Shown in pieces: positions 13,201 to 22,804 of a stretch of 33,163 bases of DNA. The notes beneath the pieces were generated by a model, which worked only from the letters and a program-made list of their open reading frames with translations, was not told the DNA's origin and searched no databases. Origin of the DNA: Saprolegnia diclina VS20. Lineage: Eukaryota. Position 1 is the stretch's first letter. Every line of letters begins with the position of its first letter. Made by a program: the position numbers and the translations under genes. The stretch is taken from NCBI RefSeq assembly GCF_000281045.1, contig NW_008246119.1:295980-329142 (forward strand). The letters run 5' to 3'.

Positions 13201-16200
13201 GTACACGGCAAACGTCACATATCGCAGGACGTCGACACTGAGCTGGAGCATGTACAAGATGAAGCTCGCGTCCGACGAGTGCACTGACGCCTCGCCGAGC
13301 TCTGTGATCGCCTGAAGCATGAGAAGGATCGGGCGCACGGTCGCCTCGGGTGCATGCGAGAGCTCATTGAGCAACAGACCGTTCATCGTGCCAAGGTGGT
13401 CGGCCGCCTTTTGGTGGTGCACGCGCGCGTCCAGCACCTGCTCGAGCGCCTCTTCCTGGAGCACGAGACCGCTCTTGCGCAGTGGCACGTGCGTAATCAT
13501 CTCGGCGCTCGACTCGCCGTTCGTGCGCAGGACCCAGTCGCCGCCTTCAAAGAGCACAGCGCGCAGCAGCGTTTGCAAAAGCGGGTTGAAGAGGTACATG
13601 ACGCGGTCCCTCGACGCGAAAAAGCCCAAGACGAGCGGAATGCGCGTATACGGCACAGTGAGGTAGCTCAGGAGGTACTCCGACTCTTCCGACGAGAGCG
13701 TGCCCTGGAAGAGCGGCAGCGCATCTGTGTGCATCACATCATCCTCCGTCACGACGGGCAGCGACGTCTGGAGCAGTGGCGGCAGCGACGCCGGGCTCAC
13801 AACGACGGGGCCCTCGCCGAAAAAGAGCTTGCGCTGGGTAAAGCCCGAGACATCAATGTCGGCAATGTCCTGGTCAATGCCACGGAAACCGGCAACCTCC
13901 CACTTGAGCTTGCCAGCGAGAAAATTGCGCGAGATGTTGAAGCGGCGGCCGTAGCGCGACGTCGCCTCGTCAAACGTGAGCGACCACATCTGCCATTGGC
14001 GCAGACCCGTGCGGCGGCGCATGAGCTCGTCTTCGCGCGTCTCCATCGTGCACAGAAACTTGCACATTGTCACCAGGTCGCGTGTTTGGGCCATCTCGGG
14101 GTGCTGCTCGGCTAGCGGCGTCGAGTCCGAGAGGAACCAGTCGACGAGCGCCTCCATTTCGCTCGGCGGGTTGGCGTCGTCGGGCGCAATGAGCGGGTAG
14201 TTGTACAGCTCCATGAGCTTGCGCAGAAAGCCAAACGTCGTGCTGTACTTTTTGAGCTCGACCTTTTCGTCCGGCATGCGCAGCTCAAAGAGCGGCGTGA
14301 GCGTGTTGAGCGACGCAAAGTACGCCAGGACGCGACCACGCACGACTGCAAACGACGGCTGCACAAGCTCCATCGCGCGCGCCGTCTCGAGCAGCGACCG
14401 GCTGTTTTGGCAAAACGAATTCGCAAGCACATAGCCCTCGGCCATGAGCAGCGACATCTCCATCGGCGTGTCGACAGCAACTGCACGCAGCGTGGCGTCG
14501 TACATGGCCAGCGCACAGATCGAGGCGAGGGCCCGCGTGGCGTCCAAGCTGCGCGACGGCCGCTCAATCGACTGCCACACGATGCCGAGAATGAGCACGA
14601 GGTTGTGAATGCTCTTCAAGACGCCAAACTGCAGCTCTTTCCCGACGGGCTGCCGCCACATGTCGTCGTCCGCAATCGACGGCACGGGAATCGTCTCGGT
14701 GAAGAGCGTCGTGACAAGTTGGATGACTTCATGGTGCAGCGCGACGCGCGAGGACGATGACCCGTCTCCCGCACGCTGCAAGAGCGACTGACACACGCCC
14801 TCGCAGCGAATAAAGGCGGCCGCCGCCAGTTCGATCGTACCGACGCGCTCCGGGACGTCGAGCATGCTTGCAAGCACGGGCACGACGGCCTCGGCGACGT
14901 TGCCTGCGTAGCCATCGACGCTCGCGGCCTTAAAGTGCTCCATGTGCTCGAAAGGAAGCAGCGGTACTTGGCGATCAAACTGCCAGTTGGACGTGTCTTC
15001 AGGCGCCGGCACCTTGGCGGCAATCAACGCGCGCTTCGCGTCGATGTCTTGGATGAGCTCGTGCACGGCGACAAGGTCATCCGTCAAGAGCCCGCCGGCA
15101 GCGTTTTGCTTGATCGCCGACAGGCCCGTTTGCTTGAGCGCCATGTGGATGCACGCGCCTTCCGTGTCCGAAAGCGTCGGCAGCGGCAGCTGGAACGTGT
15201 CGGACGGCACCCACGGATAGTGCTCGCCAATGGGATCCTGGAGGACGAGTTCAACGCCCTAGATCGTCGCAAAGTGAGTCGTGATGCAGGTGCAAACGAG
15301 TGGCATACCAGAGGCGTCTTGACAGCGCCCGTTGCGTCCATGACGACGAGTTGCGGCATCTTTGAGACGTGGAACGCTTGCACGAGCTTCTTGCGCGCCG
15401 CCATCTCTGTGATCGGGACGCACGCCCACGAAACGGGAAGCGACATGAGGTGCGACTGGTACTCTTCGTCCGTCGAATCGAGCGGCACAACAATGATCGC
15501 GATGCGGCGACCGGCGGCCGTGAGGCTGTCGCAGAGACGGATGAGCTTTGTCCGGAACGTCTTGCACGCAGGGCAGCTCAGACTCGCAAAGTAGACACCA
15601 ATGACCGGAGCGTCCGCAATCACGTCGGGCAGTTGGCGACTGCCTTGCAGCGAGTCGATGAGAGAAATCCCTGCCAGCGCTTGAATGGCCTACAGGTTCA
15701 ACGCCGTGAGACATTCAGTAGCTGCCGCCGAGATGCGCATACCTCGACAGCTGACGTCTTGAAGGGCAGTGTCGGGTCGTCGAGAGCAATCAAGTCGTCG
15801 CGCATCTGCTTGAGGATGCTCCATCGCACGCGGAACATGATGCGCTTGATTTCAAAAGCCGAGAGCCCTCTCTTGCGCAAGAGAAACTTGGCGGCTTCGA
15901 CCACGTTCTTGACAAAGCCTGTGTTGCTGCGCTGCGGTGTGCAAAAGTACACGTCCGGCGACGTCGCAAACGCAAGCGGCAGGACCGAGTCGGCCAGCCA
16001 TGGCAAAAGCACGTCGTAGAGCGTCTCCATGCGGTGGTACTCGGACGGCGGGTTCTTCAGCCAGAGCGAAAAGGCAAGACTCCAGAACGAGAGGTCGAGC
16101 ATGCGGCTTGAAGGCACATGGGCGATCGTCGCGCACGACTGCACCTTCATTTTGAGCTGCGTCGGGTCCGTTGGATGGTAGTCGCTGCCAGGCCCGCGGT

Positions 16201-16585
16201 TGCACACTGTGAACGAGTACTCATCGGCCGCCGTCTTCTCGACAATGTAGACGACCGCGTTCCGCGAGAGCTTCCCGACCCAGCCGCCGGGGATGATGTA
16301 CGGCGTCCCGACCTGCATGTCCCGGAGGTAGTCCTTGAACTTGCCCATTGCGTCTGTGAATTCCTTGGCATCCTTGGTCTCGGTCTGCGCCCATGACACC
16401 GCGTCGCGGAGGCTCGCGGCGACGGCCTTGACGCGGTCGTCGTCCTCGAGGCCGAGGAAGTGGGAGACGAGGAGGAGGCCGTTCCCGAGCTGACCCCCAT
16501 CGAGCTCCGTCGCCCCGATGTACGGGTCGCCCATCATGCCAATGCATGCGTCGACCTTCCAGATCTTCCCCGCGGTCAAGTCCAT
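4267..16585 (-). CDS. Giant multidomain protein (~4,071 aa): N-terminal domain, nucleoredoxin-like thioredoxin, RanBP2/NZF zinc fingers, UBA, DUF3638/DUF3645 P-loop helicase-like core, EF-hand; 3 exons: 16585-15743, 15689-15309, 15258-4267
   Basis: Phase-0 GT-AG introns 15690-15742 and 15259-15308 join three ORFs in frame. Motifs: VIGVYFASLSCPAC...DPIGEHYPW; WECPACTCAN...CEVC; QLMSLGFS...AAMWLL; QMIMGAGKTT; LIMDEVD; LAVPFVGKDVPSRSSEFAHPDV; QGAYRMRG; DGNNDGVLSYDE; three C-terminal W-x-C zinc fingers. Confidence 0.92.
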
Positions 16586-17210
16586 CGCAGGCCGATTCCG
16601 AAAATGTTGGACGAAATCGTGGGGCAGATCTTGCCGAGAAATCCTCGTTTTTTTATTCAATATCCACCACTCAATACAAACAGCAAGGTATTTTATTGAC
16701 AATATCTTTTTTTCGAACGCCCTTCATTGGCCCAGCTCCAAACCAACCAATCAAATGCGTGGAGGCGAGCAAGGGACCACCCCTCGCGCCGTGCCAGCTA
16801 CGGCAGGGGTCCCAGCACTAGCAGCAGCAGCAGCGGTCCTTCCATCACAGCAGCAACAACGTTGGAGCTTGACCGTAGCGGACGCGGTCCTCCAGCGTTG
16901 ATGTGCGAAACAGCGGGTCAAAACAGTGTTCATGTACTGTTTCGCAGTACACTGTACTAGTACATGGCGTTGCTAGTGTTGGTCGTCGTTGCGAAGCCGC
17001 GATCTTTCTCTGATGTCAACAAGGATACGCAAATGTGGAACGAGATGGACGATCTGGTTTAAGCACATGTGGTGCTGCGCACTGCGCGGGCAGCAATCTA
17101 GTTGGCATGTCTGGTCCAGAAGATCTGGCGCCAAATTCCACCTCCTGTAAACCTCTGGTTTCGATCGGCTATCCGGATAACATCCGGCAATTGCACATTC
17201 CGCACCACGC
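16586..17210. promoter_or_regulatory. Divergent intergenic/promoter region between the giant gene and SNRNP27
   Basis: Head-to-head start codons at 16585 (-) and 17211 (+). AT-rich tracts, a CCAAT near 16747 and a short (AGC)n run. Confidence 0.5.
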
Positions 17211-17862
17211 ATGGGACGAAGCCGGAGCCGCAGCGGGTCGCTGGACAGCTGGGGCCGTCGCCGCCAGCCGCGTGGGCGACCGAACGAGCGCGGTCGCGAT
17301 CGAAGCAGAGAGCGCAGCCGCGACCGCAGTCGGGATCGCAGTCGGGACCGGCCACGCGACCGTCGTGGTGGTCGCGGGCAAACGCGGTCGCGGTCTCGGT
17401 CGTTTGACCGCCGTCGCCACCGAGACTCGCCGTCGCCGCCTCGGCGCTCACGTCGCAGCCCGAGTCCTCCGCGCTCGTATCGCCGTAGTCGAAGCCCGAT
17501 TCCCAAACGCAACACCGCCGAAGAGAGCGACGCGGCCCGCGACTACAGGTACACGCTTCACGAGACGCTCCTATCGTACCGTCGTGGATAGAGAGCGTAT
17601 TCTGCAAGGCGATGGCGACAGCACGACCACAGACGCGGTCGAAGCAACGGCCGACGCCGATGATGGCTTGACAGAGGAAGAGAAAATGATGGCGCTCATG
17701 GGCTTTGGTGGCTTCAACACGACCAAGGGCCAACAAGTCGACGACAACGTCGCCGGTCCAGCCTCCGGGGCCGTGCGCAAGACGAGCAAGCGCGAGTACC
17801 GTCAGTTTATGAACAAGCGTGGCGGTATTCCTCGCGGCCCGCCGCCTCCGCCCTCCATGTAG
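17211..17862 (+). CDS. SNRNP27: U4/U6.U5 tri-snRNP 27-kDa protein (~202 aa), 2 exons: 17211-17548, 17592-17862
   Basis: RS/RD-rich N-terminus. GT-AG intron 17549-17591 joins it in frame to MMALMGFGGFNTTKG...KREYRQFMNKRGG, the SNRNP27 C-terminal signature. Confidence 0.9.
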
Positions 17863-17930
17863 GCCTCCGCAAAGCGCACACCAAACCTCGCTCAAAACAG
17901 TCGTGCCATTACACAGTCTTATGCATTTGC

Positions 17931-20444
17931 TCACAAGGCTTCGCGGATGAGGCGGTTGTAGTAGTGGCAATGGACGGCTTCATTGTGGCGCGCGAGCTTG
18001 GCAGCGGCCTGCACCATCGTCGTCACATGCGGCGCGAGCACGCTTAGCGTTGGGTGCAGCTCCATCTCGTTTGTCTGGAGGAACGAGGTGAGCGCCTGCG
18101 TCACGCGCTGGAAGAAGAGCTTGTAGACCGCATTGGCAGGGTCGAGCATGTGCTCGGCACGGCGCTCCAAGGCCGCCGTATCAAGCGCTTGGCCTTTGGC
18201 GCCAAGCACCCGCGCCGCCACGGCCGACGCGTGCACGGCCAAGTCGGGCAGGCGCGTCTCGTCGGCGTGCGCCAGGATGCGAATTTGGTCGCAAAAGGCC
18301 GCCGCGTCCTTGGGTGCATACGCCACATGATGCGGCGCCAGCGCGCCTTGGATGAGCGTAACGAGGCACGCTTGCATCGTGAGCACGTCCATCTGGTTGC
18401 GCAAATCGCGGACGCGGTCCTTGTCCAGCTCCAACGTCTCGGGCCATGGCGTATCCACCGCCATGCCGCTGGTCACCAAGCCGACAAAGGCGTCTTGCAC
18501 GAGCGACCGGTACGCGCGGCGGTCACCAGCAGTCAGCGCGTCGCGCAAGGTCGGTGCCGCGGTCGCCAATTGCCGCGTGAGCCACTGCGACGTGGCCGCA
18601 AGCGTCGTCGCACCTTGCTCGAGCTTGAGCGCAAACTTCTTTTGCTCGTGCTCGACGCCGTGCCGGGCGACGTACGGCGCGAGGAGCTTGAGGTGCGCGT
18701 TCATAGAGTCGATTTGGATCTCGTCCACTTTGGCAAAACCAAACTGCAAGAAACGGACGAGCGCCTCGACCCACGCCGCCTCGGACGCCGGTGTCTCCTG
18801 CGACCGGTTCAGCCACGCGTGGGTCGAGCTCGTGCGGGCCGGCGCTTCGCCGTGCAAGATCGCACGCAGCATCTGCTGCAGCACGGTCGCCCACTCGTCC
18901 CAGGACGACGAGCTCGCGAGTGCTTCGAGGTGCGCCGTCGGAAGCGCCGTCGCCAGTGCCTTGTGCTTGAGCACCGCCGTGAGCTGGTCCCGCAAGTCCA
19001 CAAATGAACCGACAATACGTGCGCGGTCGCGCGTTGCCGCCAGTTGGTCCCAGAACGCCTGGCGCATTGTCTGGGCGACTGTCGCGTGCAAGGTCAGCGG
19101 CGCATCGTCCAGCGACGGGATCTGGTAATTGGGGTTCAGAATGAGCTCGTGCGCGAGCCGGTCGTTGGCAAACACCTCCTTAGTAAAGCCAAGGTCCGGC
19201 TTCGAGAGCGGCTTGCGAATCGGGCTTGACGGTGGCGTCGCCTTGGCCTCCGTTGGCGGCGGCGTCTTGGGCGCCATCTGCTTGGCGACGCTGGATTCCA
19301 CCTTGGCCAGCTTTGAAGCCGCGACCGTTGGTCCAAACGACTGCTCCATGGACGCGCGAAGCTGCGCCATCTGGCGGCCCGACTTGTCGTGGACATCGGC
19401 TGAGCCCGTGCGCGTGGCCGCAAGGTGAACCGCGTACACCTCGGCGTAGATCGTGAGCATGTCCGCATCGAGTTGCGCAGCGTCGTTGGCCTTCCACGAG
19501 TTGAAGAGCGCTTGGTAGCTGAGGCAGTACGCTTCCCAGCGCTTCCAGGACGCTGCAAACGCCACGAGCGAGCGAACCTTGAGCGTTTCACGCAGCGCAG
19601 CGAGCTCGTCCGTCAGACGGGACGCCGCGCAGGCCAATGGCGCGCTGTACTGGCTGTCGACCATCGTGTCAGCTGGGTGGTGCGCAAACATGCCAGCCAT
19701 GAGAAGAACGCGGTACGACATCGGGACCGGGCTCAGCGCTTTCGTCAACACGTGGGCCGCCGCCGCAGTCTTGCGGTTCTGGACAAGCTCCATACTCTTC
19801 TCAAACGACGCGTTGCTGATGTGCGACCACGCCGAAATCACCGTCTGCATCGCGGGGGCGAGGGGCATCGCGATCGAAAATGCCTGCCGTACGTGCTTCC
19901 ACGACCGGAACCACGTCTGCAGCTGCGTCGCGGCCTGGCTTTGGCGGGCATGGACGCGCTCGCGCTTGTGCTGCTCGATACGAAGCGCATGACGCGATAG
20001 CTTCGAGACGTACGCCGTCGTGAGCTGCGTGCGACGGTGATGCGCTGCATGCAAAGACGCATCGTAGTGCTGGCGCTTCTCAATCAGACGGTCGGCTTGA
20101 TGTTGCAGTGTCGACATGATGTGCTCGTTGCGCTGCTGGCAGTTTTGCGCCGTCTGGTTGAGGCGCTCGAGGCGCCGCTGCTCCGCCGCCTCCAAACGCG
20201 ACTGAATACGCAGCAGCTGGTCGTCGGCGCGAGCCTGGGCTTCCAAGTGCACGGCGCGGGCGACCGAGATGGCCTTAGACACATGGCTCTGCGCCGTTTG
20301 GCGTCGGTGGCTCAGCTGCTGGCGGCGCTTTCGGCGGGCCTCCGAGATGCGGTCCCACATGGCTTGGAGCTTCTCCGAGGCGTCGGTCGCGACGCTACCG
20401 TCCGCGCAGCGCTGTTCGAGGCGTAGCTGGCAAGACGACTTCAT
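17931..20444 (-). CDS. T-complex protein 11 (TCP11/SOK1) family protein with N-terminal coiled coil and IQ-like motif (~837 aa)
   Basis: LAHELILNP, TMRQAFWD, IDSMNAHLKLLAPYVARHGVEHEQKKF and WPETLELDKDRV match TCP11 motifs. AATQLQTWFRSWKHVR is IQ-like. First in-frame ATG at 20444. Confidence 0.85.
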   Translation of the reverse strand: MKSSCQLRLEQRCADGSVATDASEKLQAMWDRISEARRKRRQQLSHRRQTAQSHVSKAISVARAVHLEAQARADDQLLRIQSRLEAAEQRRLERLNQTAQNCQQRNEHIMSTLQHQADRLIEKRQHYDASLHAAHHRRTQLTTAYVSKLSRHALRIEQHKRERVHARQSQAATQLQTWFRSWKHVRQAFSIAMPLAPAMQTVISAWSHISNASFEKSMELVQNRKTAAAAHVLTKALSPVPMSYRVLLMAGMFAHHPADTMVDSQYSAPLACAASRLTDELAALRETLKVRSLVAFAASWKRWEAYCLSYQALFNSWKANDAAQLDADMLTIYAEVYAVHLAATRTGSADVHDKSGRQMAQLRASMEQSFGPTVAASKLAKVESSVAKQMAPKTPPPTEAKATPPSSPIRKPLSKPDLGFTKEVFANDRLAHELILNPNYQIPSLDDAPLTLHATVAQTMRQAFWDQLAATRDRARIVGSFVDLRDQLTAVLKHKALATALPTAHLEALASSSSWDEWATVLQQMLRAILHGEAPARTSSTHAWLNRSQETPASEAAWVEALVRFLQFGFAKVDEIQIDSMNAHLKLLAPYVARHGVEHEQKKFALKLEQGATTLAATSQWLTRQLATAAPTLRDALTAGDRRAYRSLVQDAFVGLVTSGMAVDTPWPETLELDKDRVRDLRNQMDVLTMQACLVTLIQGALAPHHVAYAPKDAAAFCDQIRILAHADETRLPDLAVHASAVAARVLGAKGQALDTAALERRAEHMLDPANAVYKLFFQRVTQALTSFLQTNEMELHPTLSVLAPHVTTMVQAAAKLARHNEAVHCHYYNRLIREAL

Positions 20445-20445
20445 C

Positions 20446-20462
20446 GAAAATGCGAAACTGGG
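20446..20462 (-). promoter_or_regulatory. Oomycete INR/FPR-like core promoter motif upstream of the TCP11-like gene
   Basis: Minus strand reads CCCAGTTTCGCATTTTC just before the ATG, resembling the TCATTYYNCAWTTT consensus. CCAAT/ATTGG words lie further upstream. Confidence 0.35.
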
Positions 20463-20699
20463 ACCAAAGCACCCGTTCTCTCGAATGTTCTCCCATATGG
20501 CCAATCGGAGATGACCAAATACATTCCGGCGCTTCGATTGGCTGAAACTTACCAGGTTGAAGTGGGACGTAGTATAGATCGGCCAGCGCAGGATTTCATG
20601 AGCTTCGTCATGAAGCCATGTTGCACTTGCGTTGGATGCATGAAGATGGATTCTCCAGCGTTGCAGAGCGTGAAGTTAGCCGCGAAAGATGCTGCTTGA

Positions 20700-21015
20700 T
20701 GATTTCTTGTGTTTGTGAAGCTCCGCGGCATCTTGCCCTCGCTAACGACCATGCCTCGTACACAGGCGGCGGGCGACGTCGTACTAGTACGTACCCGATC
20801 GGTGGGCTGTCGCTCCGTCCTTTGTACCGGTATGCGGGCTATGCTACGCATTCTCCGTGTACAACAGCTTGCAACTGAAATACGAGACGTGATATTAGAC
20901 CAGGTGCATATCTTGGATAGAAGACCTTGAATAAAATAAGGTCAGTAACTTCAAGCTAGCCAAACGCATATTATTGAACCACACGATCGCTCTCGCAGCA
21001 TCCTACGCATGTGGC
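20700..21015 (-). repeat. Right copy of the long inverted repeat (partner 1544-1834)
   Basis: Direct reverse-complement match, e.g. tacgagacgtgatattagaccaggtg...aagctagccaaacgcatattattgaaccacacgatcgctctcgcagcatcctacgc. Confidence 0.95.
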
Positions 21016-22444
21016 GCCCCAGCAAACCGCAGAATGGACGCTGATTTGCTAGTGCACTGTAGGAACGCGTTCGCGTTGAATCAAGTTGCAAAACAAATGC
21101 AAAGGTCTCGCACACGCGGTGCTACGCACAAGGTCTTTTTTGCCCTCGCCAACGAGATTTGCTTCCTGTGTGGGTCCCTGATGCTCCACCGGAATACGAG
21201 CTTGGCACGTCGCCGAGCGCTTCCGATCACGCTGTTTTGCGAAGATGTAGCTATCTCAAGGTGCCTCGACCGTCCTACTACATTGTAGCTGGTCCTTCAT
21301 TATCTGCTTGTGGGGAAATATCGTGATGTGGTTTGCACTTCCGAATGACGTGGCAGCGCGTGCAAGTACAACTGTAGGGGAAAAAGACGTCGGGTCGGCA
21401 GCATGGTGTGTGAGGATCAGCAGAATTGAATTTGCCCCGCCGCCCTCACATACCGCCTTCAGCTTCAGTACACGGTTGTCGGCCTCGACGCCGACGCATG
21501 GGCCTCCAACGCCACGTGCCTCCGATTTGATAAGATTCTTTGCACACACCGTGCTTGCGCTGGGCGCATTTGCTCGCGCGTTATGTCATGCCATGGACGT
21601 GCTCCGCGTCCCGCTTTTGGCCCGTCGACGCTGAAGGTCATTCGCCAGCGCGCGCGAAACACGTCGTTTGCGCGCTCGTCTGGCCTGGCCACTCCAGCGC
21701 CGTCGTCGTTCTCGTGTGGCCCAAGGTGCTTCATCTGCACCTCCTCAGCTTTGCGCGAGGCTTTCGTCTTCTCGGAGAGACGCGCGGCTTTGACCGGGTC
21801 GCTAACTTGGTTTATGTCCCTCTGGAACATCTGCCCTGGACATTCTTATCCACCTTGTCGACACGACGCACCACGCAATGCCACGACGCGCGGCCTCGGC
21901 AACTTTATCGGTAGCTAGCTATTGACCAACTAATCAATCAACAACATTTTCTCAACGACTCTTTTACTTGTTCACTGACGGGCACAGGGCATATCATCAT
22001 GCTTTCATTACCATTTGGACCTCAGGTGAGGTGAGGCGGGTTGCGTGAGAATTCTAGATCAAGAATGCTAGACTAGCTCGACGACAAGATCCGTGCGTTG
22101 TCAAAATATGGTTTGCACGTGTTTGGCGCTAAACACCCAGAAGTCACTGCTTGCGTCTACCATCAACGTGCATATCCATCGTGTAGACTGAACGATACAG
22201 GTCCAACACTGCATCAGGGCATGCTTCTTGAGCTTATAATCGCACGCGCTTCGTCTACACGACCTATTGGAGCGCTTCGACGACGCTGTCGGGGATCGGC
22301 TGGTCGGTCGTCCTATCGAACTAGATAACAGAAACGTTGGAAGCGAACGACGTTGGTGGCCAACTTAGCGCTTCGCAGTCGAGATGCGGGCGACTTGTAC
22401 AAGATCACGACGGCGCGCATTCCTGCTCCAATAACAATACACCT

Positions 22445-22632
22445 CGGTTTCGCCAGCACCGCGATTGTACCGGCGCCAGGAAACCAGCCGCATCCAGTTG
22501 AGTTACCGAGTACGAGTTACCGAGTACGACGAGTGCCAGTAGGTCGCGTCCCGCGCTGCTCGTTGGCCAGCGAGGTCGCCATGCGCGTTCGGAGACCGGC
22601 CAGCGCATGACGTGGTAGCCCCTCAAGGCGCA
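22445..22632 (+). repeat. Left direct repeat flanking the helicase gene (partner 27030-27203)
   Basis: cggtttcgccagcacc...tcaaggcgca occurs twice. This copy has an internal 14-nt tandem duplication (gagttaccgagtac x2). Confidence 0.95.
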
Positions 22633-22804
22633 TCGATATCGATCACCCTCATGCAGATGCTTGTTAAATACGCATTAAATATGAATAAAATAATGAGAAG
22701 AGCGGTTCCGCGGGCTGGAGACGGTTCATGCTGGCCTGCGTCGTCCTTGGTCACGTTCGACGCGTCTTCTACACGTTCCCATGAGCCATCGGAGCGATAT
22801 CGCA

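Noticed and set aside
2177..15594. Long plus-strand ORFs (e.g. 2177-3949, 6226-8658, 11053-12102)
   Set aside because: Antisense shadows of GC-rich coding sequence; Arg/Val-rich with no recognisable motifs.
17035..17862. 275-aa single-exon ORF as the SNRNP27 model
   Set aside because: Only its C-terminus is conserved; the RS domain is in another frame and joins through intron 17549-17591.
21016..22444. Short ORFs such as 21465-21830 (-) and 21256-21549 (-)
   Set aside because: No recognisable motifs or consistent splice model; probably decayed sequence.
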